IMG/VR virus record: IMGVR_UViG_3300027111_000004
Span: 1-40,689 of that record
Direction: 5' to 3' (one strand)
Source: a virus
Length of the DNA: 40,689 bases
A model generated the notes under the pieces. It had not been told where the DNA came from, made no database searches, and worked only from the letters and a program-made list of their open reading frames with translations. Shown in pieces: positions 15,839 through 22,265 of this stretch (its first letter is position 1; each line of letters begins with the position of its first letter). Both the position numbers and the translations under genes were made by a program.

Positions 15839-16146
15839 CGTTGCCGTTAGGGCCAGAGTTTGAACAGGATCTGCGCGACCTGCGTGCGCTGTCGCCCGAG
15901 GTCGCGGAGCTGGCCGAACGGATCGCCCAGGCAGTGCGGCCGGAGGCGACCGAGTCCGGCGCCTCGGTGTTGACCTGGGCGTTGTTTGAGCTGATGGACG
16001 CACTGGCCCAGGACTGGCCGAACAGCGTGCGCGTGACCTGTTCGTGGTTGGGGGATTTGCGCGTGTTGGGTGCGCTGACGAGCGCCGAGGTGGAGGGCTT
16101 CAAAGTCGAAGTGCGCCGCCTCGGCGGCAATTCGGCGTTACTGTAA
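15835..16146 (+). CDS. Hypothetical protein (103 aa)
   Basis: ATGA overlap with the upstream gene. It is the last gene of the translationally coupled block. Confidence 0.55.
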   Translation: MTLPLGPEFEQDLRDLRALSPEVAELAERIAQAVRPEATESGASVLTWALFELMDALAQDWPNSVRVTCSWLGDLRVLGALTSAEVEGFKVEVRRLGGNSALL

Positions 16147-16149
16147 CGC
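16135..16149. repeat. Dispersed palindrome copy
   Basis: GCGTTAC-T-GTAACGC with 7-bp arms. It contains the TAA stop of 15835-16146. Confidence 0.9.
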
Positions 16150-16263
16150 TTCGTTCATCTGGTAGTCTGCCGCCATTGGCGGGCCGTGCAGGTAAGAGGG
16201 GGTAGCGGTGGCATTTTCGTATGTAGGGCCGGCCGTGCTGCGGTTCACTGGCGCGGGGCAAGC

Positions 16264-16518
16264 ATGAAGCGCAAGGGTTACGAGGAGGGCAACTTTCTGG
16301 ATTTGGTGCGCGCCGGCGCGGTTCGCGAGAGCAAGGCGGCGCGAGTGACAACCCGTAAGGGCGAGCAATGGGCCTTCTATTTTCGCCTTGGCGGTCCCGC
16401 GTCTGATTGGCATGCGATCCGCTCCAAGCGCGAGCCAGTGCGCACCTGGGCGAAGCTGGACACGCTCGCGGAGTTTGCTGACAAGGCCGGTGTGCGAGTG
16501 TTTGCTGTCGAGCAGTAG
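16264..16518 (+). CDS. Hypothetical basic protein (84 aa)
   Basis: ATG 16264 (MKRKGYEEGNFLDLVRAG...). It is followed by a strong bidirectional terminator. Confidence 0.5.
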   Translation: MKRKGYEEGNFLDLVRAGAVRESKAARVTTRKGEQWAFYFRLGGPASDWHAIRSKREPVRTWAKLDTLAEFADKAGVRVFAVEQ

Positions 16519-16534
16519 CGGAAACGCCGGGCAC

Positions 16535-16616
16535 AAAAAAGCCGCCTCTATAGGGCGGCTTTTTCTTTGGTAGACCGGTTACTAAGCGTTCTACCTGTCT
16601 CACAGGAAGCATTGAC
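16535..16616 (-). ncRNA. Predicted ~80-nt sRNA with an 18-nt 5' antisense seed (antitoxin-like)
   Basis: Minus-strand promoter TTGCGC-17-TATTCT (-35 at 16647-16652, -10 at 16624-16629) places +1 at G 16616. The 5' end GUCAAUGCUUCCUGUGAG is complementary to 16905-16922. Next come hairpin GGTAGA...TCTACC (16569-16595), an A-rich linker, and terminator GCCGCC...GGCGGC plus a U-run. Confidence 0.4.
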
Positions 16617-16904
16617 GTAAAGAAGAATACTATTGCGCAACACTGCGCGCAAGTTATTGCAACTATGTACAACATGGCGCGCAGCCAGTATCGGCGTGGG
16701 TTTGCGCAATCTATTCACATTTAGACGAGCACCAAGCTCCGCTTTTGAGCCGATACGCCGCACCACATTCCAGATTTTTGACGTAAGATAAGCCCGTTGA
16801 ATGTGAATCGTGATGTGGGTCGGGTTGCTAAACGAATTCTGGACCAAGGGCGCGGACTACTAACCCGCGCGGATGAAACCTGAGGCCCTTTAACCCGGCT
16901 GAAC

Positions 16905-16922
16905 CTCACAGGAAGCATTGAC
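16905..16922 (+). repeat. Second copy of the exact 18-nt direct repeat CTCACAGGAAGCATTGAC (first copy at 16599-16616)
   Basis: Both copies were read directly. This one lies 69 nt upstream of the 32-codon ORF, within non-coding low-GC DNA. Confidence 0.95.
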
Positions 16923-16990
16923 ATGTTCCGAGGGCGTCATGTGTTCCGGAAAAGCGCCTGGGGTTAGGTCGGACTTCAGAGACCTAAAGT

Positions 16991-17089
16991 ATGAAGCGCA
17001 AGCCGAATGCACTGAAGGGGTTGATGATCCGGTTGATGGGTAACCTCATCTACGAATTCATCCGCGACAATTGGGACGATTGGCTGTAA
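16991..17089 (+). CDS. Unlisted 32-codon ORF (candidate small toxin-like peptide)
   Basis: MKRKPNALKGLMIRLMGNLIYEFIRDNWDDWL: basic N-terminus followed by an amphipathic/hydrophobic helix. A perfect 10-bp-stem terminator follows. No clear RBS or promoter was found. Confidence 0.35.
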   Translation: MKRKPNALKGLMIRLMGNLIYEFIRDNWDDWL

Positions 17090-17114
17090 CAGCAATCAGA
17101 CTGAGCGACGTGCG

Positions 17115-17146
17115 CCGCTCTAACTTCGGTTAGAGCGGTTTTTTTT
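17115..17146 (+). terminator. Rho-independent terminator
   Basis: CCGCTCTAAC-ttcg-GTTAGAGCGG followed by TTTTTTTT. Confidence 0.8.
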
Positions 17147-17152
17147 GCCCAT

Positions 17153-17177
17153 AAAAAAGCCCCGTCAGATGCGGGGC
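17153..17177 (-). terminator. Rho-independent terminator of the par operon (minus strand)
   Basis: GCCCCG-7 nt-CGGGGC. On the minus strand it is followed by TTTTTT. Confidence 0.7.
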
Positions 17178-17198
17178 TTTGCTTTGGTATTGGTCGAC

Positions 17199-17486
17199 TT
17201 ATTTGGTGCGTGGCTCGACCAAGTCTTTTAGGTCGCCAATGTCAGTTCCGTGCCGTTCCATGAACTCAAGTACCGCGGTGATCATGATGCGCGTGGATGA
17301 TGTTTTGTGCTGGTGGGCAAAGTCGTCTAGCGCATCCTTGAAGCGGCTTTCCGGCTTGAAGTTGAGCGGGACGCGCTTATGAGGATCTGGCTTTTCGGTG
17401 GCGTTGCCGAGGACTGGCGATGCCGAACCGCGCTTAGGTGGCTCGCCTTTGCCGGCGGCGGATGGTTTTTTAACGATGGCGACCAT
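17199..17486 (-). CDS. parG: Ribbon-helix-helix centromere-binding protein (ParG-like, 95 aa)
   Basis: Flexible basic N-terminal tail, then KRVPLNFKPESRFKDALDDFAHQHKTSSTRIMITAVLEFMERHG (beta-strand/helix/helix RHH pattern). It lies directly downstream of parA. Confidence 0.7.
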   Translation of the reverse strand: MVAIVKKPSAAGKGEPPKRGSASPVLGNATEKPDPHKRVPLNFKPESRFKDALDDFAHQHKTSSTRIMITAVLEFMERHGTDIGDLKDLVEPRTK

Positions 17487-17499
17487 GCGTCTTACTCCG

Positions 17500-17523
17500 A
17501 TTCTTTAATTCTTCAATTCGTTA
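17500..17523 (-). repeat. 8-bp periodic array 4 (3 degenerate units, minus orientation), between parA and parG
   Basis: Minus strand reads TAACGAAT TGAAGAAT TAAAGAAT. Confidence 0.75.
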
Positions 17524-17524
17524 T

Positions 17525-18166
17525 TTATTTAGACAGCTTAGTAAGCATGCTGTCAATTGCCGTTATCAGGCTGTCTGCTTGTTCGCGCGGCCCGGCGAAC
17601 TGAGTTTCGACTATGGATTTGCCGGCATCTTGGGCGCGGCGATAGCAGTCCTGTTCGTACAGCGAAGGCAGCAGGGTGTAGTCGGTTTGCATCAAAAAGT
17701 TACGGCACTCGACCAGCTCTTTGCCGCTATTGCCTACGTGATTCAATACAAGGGCAATGCGTGAAGGATCTACGCCATGCTTGTCTACCAGCGTATTGGC
17801 CAAGCGGACTGTCGGCCGCATATCAGTCTTCGCCATGCCGGTCGGCAGGATTATTAAGTCGCAAACCTTGGCCAGTTCGACGGTCATGCTTGAGGCCAGT
17901 GGGCGGCCATCAAAAATAGTGAGGTCGTATTTGTCGGAAGCCTTCAGTGCGCTTGCAGCGGTGCCAAAGGCCTGCACATTGATCGGGGCAAGCTTTGGAT
18001 TTTGCAGGCGATCAAGTAGCCATTCGTAACTTGAGGACTGGTCGATATCCAAATCTGCAAGGAGTACGTCCCAACCGCCGAGGGTGTAGGTGGCCGCGAG
18101 CGCCTCGCAAATCGTTGTCTTGCCTACACCGCCTTTCTGTGAAAAAGCACCAATACGCTTGCCCAT
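17525..18166 (-). CDS. parA: Partition ATPase, type Ib ParA/ParF-like (213 aa)
   Basis: Deviant Walker A at the N-terminus (GAFSQKGGVGKTT). It is small and has no N-terminal HTH. Confidence 0.9.
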   Translation of the reverse strand: MGKRIGAFSQKGGVGKTTICEALAATYTLGGWDVLLADLDIDQSSSYEWLLDRLQNPKLAPINVQAFGTAASALKASDKYDLTIFDGRPLASSMTVELAKVCDLIILPTGMAKTDMRPTVRLANTLVDKHGVDPSRIALVLNHVGNSGKELVECRNFLMQTDYTLLPSLYEQDCYRRAQDAGKSIVETQFAGPREQADSLITAIDSMLTKLSK

Positions 18167-18181
18167 GCGAACCCCTAGTTA

Positions 18182-18205
18182 ATTCGTTAATTCTTCAATT
18201 CGTTA
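18182..18205 (-). repeat. 8-bp periodic array 5 (3 units, minus orientation)
   Basis: Minus strand reads TAACGAAT TGAAGAAT TAACGAAT. It lies between the parA promoter and the parA start. Confidence 0.9.
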
Positions 18206-18215
18206 ACACAGGGCG

Positions 18216-18244
18216 AGTATAGGCCGGCGTGAAACGACTATCAA
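18216..18244 (-). promoter_or_regulatory. parA promoter, near consensus, bracketed by arrays 5 and 6
   Basis: Minus strand TTGATA (18244-18239), a 17-nt spacer, then TATACT (18221-18216). Confidence 0.65.
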
Positions 18245-18249
18245 GAAAA

Positions 18250-18273
18250 TAACGAATTAACGAAATAACGAAT
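18250..18273 (+). repeat. 8-bp periodic array 6 (3 units, plus orientation)
   Basis: TAACGAAT TAACGAAA TAACGAAT. It is inverted relative to array 5. Confidence 0.9.
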
Positions 18274-18276
18274 CGA

Positions 18277-18693
18277 TCAGACCGAAAGAAGGCAGCGCGA
18301 AGGCGGGCCGCCGGCCGAAGCTGGAGAGGTGCGCACGGTCCGCGAAAATTCGGTAAGGGTGCGACTGCGGCGCTGGGAGCGGGGGCGGTTGAAATCCGTG
18401 TCTACTTCCATGACTGCGATCAGGCACAGCATGAAGCACAGCGCTTGCGGGGCCAGTACGCCCAGCGTGAAGCCGCGAGTGATCATGTGCGCCTTGTTCT
18501 TTGCGCCGAGCTTGCTGAGGATGTTGCGCTCGACCATGCGCATGCCGGCATCATCCAGTTGCAGCTCGCTCGCGATAACCGGTGTCGGGAAGCCCTCGGC
18601 AGTCTTGACCAGAACGAACAGTTCGCTGTCCGACAGGTTCTGTCCCGGGTAGCCGATAACTTCCTCGCCGTGGATCTGGACGCGGGCATTCAT
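18277..18693 (-). CDS. LuxR/GerE-type HTH protein without a sensor domain, with a hydrophobic C-terminal segment (138 aa)
   Basis: AGGAAG RBS. LSDSELFVLVKTAEGFPTPVIASELQLDDAGMRMVERNILSKLGAKNKAHMITRGF fits the GerE HTH pattern. This is followed by ALCFMLCLIAVM. Confidence 0.65.
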   Translation of the reverse strand: MNARVQIHGEEVIGYPGQNLSDSELFVLVKTAEGFPTPVIASELQLDDAGMRMVERNILSKLGAKNKAHMITRGFTLGVLAPQALCFMLCLIAVMEVDTDFNRPRSQRRSRTLTEFSRTVRTSPASAGGPPSRCLLSV

Positions 18694-18730
18694 GGGGTGC
18701 GCTTCCTTGCGAAATAACGGGGAGGGGGTG

Positions 18731-18982
18731 TTAGTTGGAAAGGTCGAGGCGGATAGCGTCCAGTTGACGGCGCAGCATGCCAAGCAAGTCGGCCATCTGT
18801 TCCATGTGTTCAACGGTGACGTGTCCCTGGTCAATGCAATACAGGGCTGTGGTTTGCATTGAGCCTGCCAGCGAATGGACTTCTTTAATCGCGACTACGC
18901 GGCGGCGCTGAATGGCCACTGCGCCGCCGATTTGGCTGATGGAGTGCGGGGTGATGTGGGAAACGTCGCTACCTTGCTGCAT
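18731..18982 (-). CDS. Hypothetical protein (83 aa)
   Basis: AGGAAAGG RBS before ATG 18982. An operator-type palindrome lies just upstream. No motif recognised. Confidence 0.5.
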   Translation of the reverse strand: MQQGSDVSHITPHSISQIGGAVAIQRRRVVAIKEVHSLAGSMQTTALYCIDQGHVTVEHMEQMADLLGMLRRQLDAIRLDLSN

Positions 18983-19016
18983 GGGGGAACCTGCCTTTCC
19001 TAAGTTGCGTGGCATG

Positions 19017-19033
19017 TTACACGCAAAGTGTAA
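19017..19033. promoter_or_regulatory. Operator TTACAC-N5-GTGTAA (copy downstream of cI, upstream of gene 18982)
   Basis: TTACACgcaaaGTGTAA with perfect 6-bp arms. Confidence 0.55.
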
Positions 19034-19044
19034 ATCTGAGCAAT

Positions 19045-19067
19045 AAAAAAGCCCTTAGACTAAGGGC
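19045..19067 (-). terminator. Terminator after the repressor gene (minus strand)
   Basis: GCCCTTA-gac-TAAGGGC. On the minus strand it is followed by TTTTTT. Confidence 0.7.
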
Positions 19068-19074
19068 GGTTTTT

Positions 19075-19740
19075 CTATCTATCGTGCGATATGCGTACTA
19101 CGCGGCCGACGATATCCAGCTTTTCAAGGGCTTCAGGTGTCAAAGTGCTATCAGCGTACTGGGAACTGTCACCCGCTTTCAAGGTGAAAGTGCCGTCCAG
19201 TTCGGGGCAGATCCAGCGAATCCAGATGTTGCCGGCAACAATGATCCCGAAAAGGTCAGCGCCGCGCACGGTGGTTTGCTCGCCATCAAGCAGCAACTCG
19301 TCACCCTCAACGATCATCGGGGCCATGCTGGCATCGATCTGTTTGATGCAAAGCAGTTTATTGCGGTTCATGCCGCGCGCTTCGATATAGCTGACGCTGA
19401 ACGCGGTGCTGTCTGTGGCCTGGGTCAAAGGTACGGCCCCGGCTTTGGTTTGAATGCTGGTTGGGTTGGCCGTCACATAGTCGGACGTAACCGCATTCAG
19501 ACTGTCGTTATCGGTGTAGCCATTGATCCAAGCCGGAGTTTTCCCGAAGACTTTGGCGAGCAGCAAAACCATGTCGCTCGGCGGCATGCGCGAGGCCTGT
19601 TCCCAATTGGAAAAGCGGGAATAACCGAAGGGCTGGCCGGATGCTTGAGACAGGCGATCGGCCGTCTCTTCAAGCGTCCAACCCTTTTCCGCGCGACACT
19701 GCCTAATCCGTTTGGCCACAATTTCCATTAATTCAGACAT
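19075..19740 (-). CDS. cI: CI-type prophage repressor (XRE HTH plus S24 LexA-like autopeptidase domain, 221 aa)
   Basis: N-terminal HTH (IRQCRAEKGWTLEETADRLSQ...FSNWEQ). C-terminal S24 motif (DASMAPMIVEGDELLLD, later LKAG). It is divergent from a Cro-like gene. Confidence 0.85.
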   Translation of the reverse strand: MSELMEIVAKRIRQCRAEKGWTLEETADRLSQASGQPFGYSRFSNWEQASRMPPSDMVLLLAKVFGKTPAWINGYTDNDSLNAVTSDYVTANPTSIQTKAGAVPLTQATDSTAFSVSYIEARGMNRNKLLCIKQIDASMAPMIVEGDELLLDGEQTTVRGADLFGIIVAGNIWIRWICPELDGTFTLKAGDSSQYADSTLTPEALEKLDIVGRVVRISHDR

Positions 19741-19816
19741 GCGCAATCTCTCATTCGGCGCCGTGAGTTTTCACGCCTTGGCAATAGATGGATATTATCC
19801 GTAACCCGAATAAATA

Positions 19817-19831
19817 TACACTTTAAGTGTA
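19817..19831. promoter_or_regulatory. Operator in the cI/cro intergenic region
   Basis: TACACTT-t-AAGTGTA with 7-bp arms. Confidence 0.6.
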
Positions 19832-19878
19832 GATACTGCGAAAAAAAGCTTGAGGAATGGGATCCAGTCGAAATAGAC

Positions 19879-19895
19879 TTACACTATTCGTGTAA
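19879..19895. promoter_or_regulatory. Operator in the cI/cro intergenic region
   Basis: TTACACtattcGTGTAA. It overlaps the candidate cro promoter TTGAGG-18-TAGACT (19850-19879). Confidence 0.6.
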
Positions 19896-19909
19896 AGGGG
19901 TTTCTATTC

Positions 19910-20173
19910 GTGGAACTAAATCAGTGGATTGAAAGCGTCGGTGGTGTGTCGGTGCCGGGCAAGTTGAGCCTAGGCGCTATCACCGCCGTTGCCACTCTGC
20001 TCGAAGAAGAGCCGCGCACGGTTTCCTCGTGGTATCGCAAAGAGCGGCGGCCGTCTTTCAATGCCGGCATGAACATTCTTTCCAAGTCCGGCGGTGTCGT
20101 GGACTGGAACGGCATTTATGCGCCGTTCGCCTTGGAAGTGATGAAGGCCCGGGTGAAGAATGTCAGGGCTTAG
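19910..20173 (+). CDS. cro: Cro/YdaS-like small HTH regulator (87 aa, GTG start)
   Basis: Divergent from cI. AITAVATLLEEEPRTVSSWYRKERRPS is an HTH-like segment. Confidence 0.6.
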   Translation: MELNQWIESVGGVSVPGKLSLGAITAVATLLEEEPRTVSSWYRKERRPSFNAGMNILSKSGGVVDWNGIYAPFALEVMKARVKNVRA

Positions 20174-20726
20174 CCTGCCGTCCGGATTCTCCACGTTGCC
20201 GATCGTTCTAAAGGTCGAGCAGCGATTTGGTGTTGCCGGGTTCGCCCGCTTGATCAAGCTGCTGGAGCAGTTCGCCGCCAGTCCCTCGCGTGCCGCCGGC
20301 GTCGTCGAGCTGGACGGCAGCGATTGGCGCGAGGCGTTGCAGATAGGCCCGCTTGAACTAAGCGTGTTCATGACTTACCTCGCGGCCGACGGCTTTCTGT
20401 GCCTCGATCAGCCGCCCGAACCAAACTCCCCGTTACGCGTAACGCTTTCGGACTTCCAAGCATTCTTGCCGGCTTCGCCGCTGCCCCGCGTCGCCAATGA
20501 ATGGCGACTGTGGTTCATCGCTGAGGCGCAAATGCCTGAAGACCAAGGCAAAGACCCTTATATCCAATCTTTGTTCCGTCGTTGGTGTGCTTCCAATACG
20601 ACGGTCGAGGAAATGAGAGCCGCCATAGAGCTGGCCAGCCAGGAGGGGGCGGACAAGTCGCCGGCCACCCTGCATAACTATTTGATGACTGTGCGCAAAG
20701 AAAAATTAGAAGTGGCGCGCCGCTGA
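20160..20726 (+). CDS. Hypothetical protein, possibly a replication organiser (weak DUF4373/DnaD-like N-terminus)
   Basis: Overlaps the cro stop. FSTLPIVLKVEQRFGVAGFARLIKLLEQFA resembles the Lin1244-type N-terminal motif. The function call is weak. Confidence 0.6.
   Translation: MSGLSLPSGFSTLPIVLKVEQRFGVAGFARLIKLLEQFAASPSRAAGVVELDGSDWREALQIGPLELSVFMTYLAADGFLCLDQPPEPNSPLRVTLSDFQAFLPASPLPRVANEWRLWFIAEAQMPEDQGKDPYIQSLFRRWCASNTTVEEMRAAIELASQEGADKSPATLHNYLMTVRKEKLEVARR
20431..20444. repeat. Dispersed palindrome copy
   Basis: CGTTACGCGTAACG is a perfect 14-bp palindrome inside 20160-20726 (codons P-L-R-V-T-L). Confidence 0.9.
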
Positions 20727-20730
20727 TGGC

Positions 20731-21210
20731 GTGCCCAAGGGGAATTCCTTGTTATTGATTGCACTGTCTGGCGGCCACCCAAAAGAGCGCACCGAAATCG
20801 CCGATCGCCTTGTTTCCTCTGGAAAGGCGCGTTTGGCTGCGTATTCCATGCGTTCGCCCAGCGAGAAAAATGCCGGCCGTCGAGTCGAGCTGCTGCGCGC
20901 CTTCTTGGATGGTCCGGCCGACGCCGCGCGTGATCCGTCGCCTGTTGACGGGTTGGTGATTGCGAACTGCCTGAGTGAGCTGGAGGCGGCCGAGATTCGC
21001 CGCCGTGGCGGTTTCGTTTGGCACCTATACAGTCGTCCCTCGGGGTCTGTGAGCATTCGCCGTGGTGATTTGATCGTGACTGATGGGACCGCCGGTTTTG
21101 CGCATGTGTGCGAGCCGCTGGAGGCGCTTTCTGAGTCGTGCATGGCCTACTTGGCGGCAAATGGGAGCGTGCGTGCAGTGCTTGAGGATCTGGCGCATGG
21201 GCCTCAATAG
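20731..21210 (+). CDS. Hypothetical protein, dNMP-kinase-like fold with a degenerate P-loop (159 aa, GTG start)
   Basis: LLIALSGGHPKERTEIADRL sits where a Walker A would be. LVIANCLSELEAAEIRRRGGFVWHLYSRP resembles the phage dNMP kinase block (VI.DVRF.NEA..IR..GG.V..V.RP). Confidence 0.5.
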   Translation: MPKGNSLLLIALSGGHPKERTEIADRLVSSGKARLAAYSMRSPSEKNAGRRVELLRAFLDGPADAARDPSPVDGLVIANCLSELEAAEIRRRGGFVWHLYSRPSGSVSIRRGDLIVTDGTAGFAHVCEPLEALSESCMAYLAANGSVRAVLEDLAHGPQ

Positions 21211-21409
21211 TCGCGCGTTGCCGGGGTATGCCTACGGCGATCCCGCGAAGATTGTCGAGGCGCAGGAGCTGCGCGCGCTGGGCTGCAAGGTTTGCGTGCG
21301 TGCCGAGAGCATTTTTGGCCTGTCGGTGTGTACTAGCGGCCTCAAGTTTCCAGCCTGCAAAAACATGCCGCGCACCGGTTACAGGCTGATGCCCGAGGCC
21401 GGCGGCTAA
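21197..21409 (+). CDS. Hypothetical Cys-rich small protein (70 aa)
   Basis: GAGGA RBS. CKVCVRAESIFGLSVCTSGLKFPAC has four Cys and may bind zinc. Confidence 0.45.
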   Translation: MGLNSRALPGYAYGDPAKIVEAQELRALGCKVCVRAESIFGLSVCTSGLKFPACKNMPRTGYRLMPEAGG

Positions 21410-21419
21410 GGGGGCTTCA

Positions 21420-21845
21420 ATGGCGAGAAGGAAAGGTAACAATCGCTTGGATAGCGCCCTTGAGCTATGGGCGCGCTGGAGCTGGCCGGAAAGTGGCGGC
21501 GGCACCAGTGGAAAATCCATGCTCGCCAAGCTGATCGACAATAAAGGTGAGATCTTTTTCGGTGGTTCTGGTCCGTCTGGCGGCCCTGTCGATGGGCTGG
21601 AAAGCAAGATCGAGGCGGCCGTGCTGGGCATGTTTGTCGAGAACGCGCTGCGCGCTGACGTCCTGCGGCTTGAGTACGGGGCGAACTGGTGGGCAGTGGC
21701 TCAGCGCCGAAAGATCGTCGGTTATGAGCAGGATGGTATCGGCCAGTTTGAGAAGGCCGACGCGCTGGGTGTGAGCTTGAGAACGTACCGCAGCCGCCTC
21801 GCTGAGGCGCGCGCAACCATTGAATCACTGTTGGGGATCAAATGA
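21420..21845 (+). CDS. Q: Late-gene antiterminator, phage Q-like (141 aa)
   Basis: LELWARWSW...GKSMLAKLIDNKG...LESKIEAAVLGMF...ADVLRLEYG...ADALGVSLRTYRSRLAEARATIESLL follows the Phage_antitermQ pattern (LE.WG.W...ML..LI...D...ID..V..L...VL...Y....A..LG.S...Y...L..A...V...L). Confidence 0.6.
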   Translation: MARRKGNNRLDSALELWARWSWPESGGGTSGKSMLAKLIDNKGEIFFGGSGPSGGPVDGLESKIEAAVLGMFVENALRADVLRLEYGANWWAVAQRRKIVGYEQDGIGQFEKADALGVSLRTYRSRLAEARATIESLLGIK

Positions 21846-22114
21846 ACTTCCACCCTTTATTTGCCGGGTTCCGTGGGGAGGATCCCTACGCCGTCGGGGC
21901 CGCCCTGGGCTTCGCTATTCATGTCGAGACGGCGCGGGGTGTTCTGCCGGCCGCGCTCAATCCGGCCCAGCGCTCGCGCATGGACCACGGCGGGGATCTG
22001 GTCGGGTTTCGGTTTGCCGGTGGCTGGGGTGCGCCGGGCGTCTATTGCCTGATGTTCGCCAAGCCCTTGACCACTGTGGCCGCGAAGATGTGGCAGGCAG
22101 GCCTCCCCGAGTAA
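21842..22114 (+). CDS. Hypothetical protein (90 aa)
   Basis: ATGA overlap with the Q-like gene. Confidence 0.5.
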   Translation: MNFHPLFAGFRGEDPYAVGAALGFAIHVETARGVLPAALNPAQRSRMDHGGDLVGFRFAGGWGAPGVYCLMFAKPLTTVAAKMWQAGLPE

Positions 22115-22122
22115 CGCGTTAA
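22111..22122. repeat. Palindrome with the same half-sites in reversed order
   Basis: GTAACGCGTTAA (TAACGCGTTA is a perfect 10-bp palindrome). It contains the TAA stop of 21842-22114. Confidence 0.6.
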
Positions 22123-22265
22123 GGCTGTCGCGCAAGGCGCCAGTTCGGCTCTACCCGTTCCAACCAATCAATTTATGGGCATCGTCGCGCCTGCGGCCTT
22201 GCTTTGCCTGAAGAAAGACAACGCCGCCCGCCGGCACGGCCGTGGGCACCATTGAGGCACGCACC

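Noticed and set aside
16548-16847. 99-aa minus-strand ORF across the low-GC non-coding region
   Set aside because: It has only a TTG start, no Met codon anywhere and no RBS. It reads through a hairpin and a terminator. The predicted sRNA explains the conserved elements better.
16846-16895. A nested hairpin (AAGGGC ... GCGCGG-9 nt-CCGCGC ... GCCCTT) considered as a tRNA fragment or attP core
   Set aside because: The loop size and stems do not fit an anticodon or T arm, and no cloverleaf can be drawn. It may be part of the small-ORF mRNA leader.
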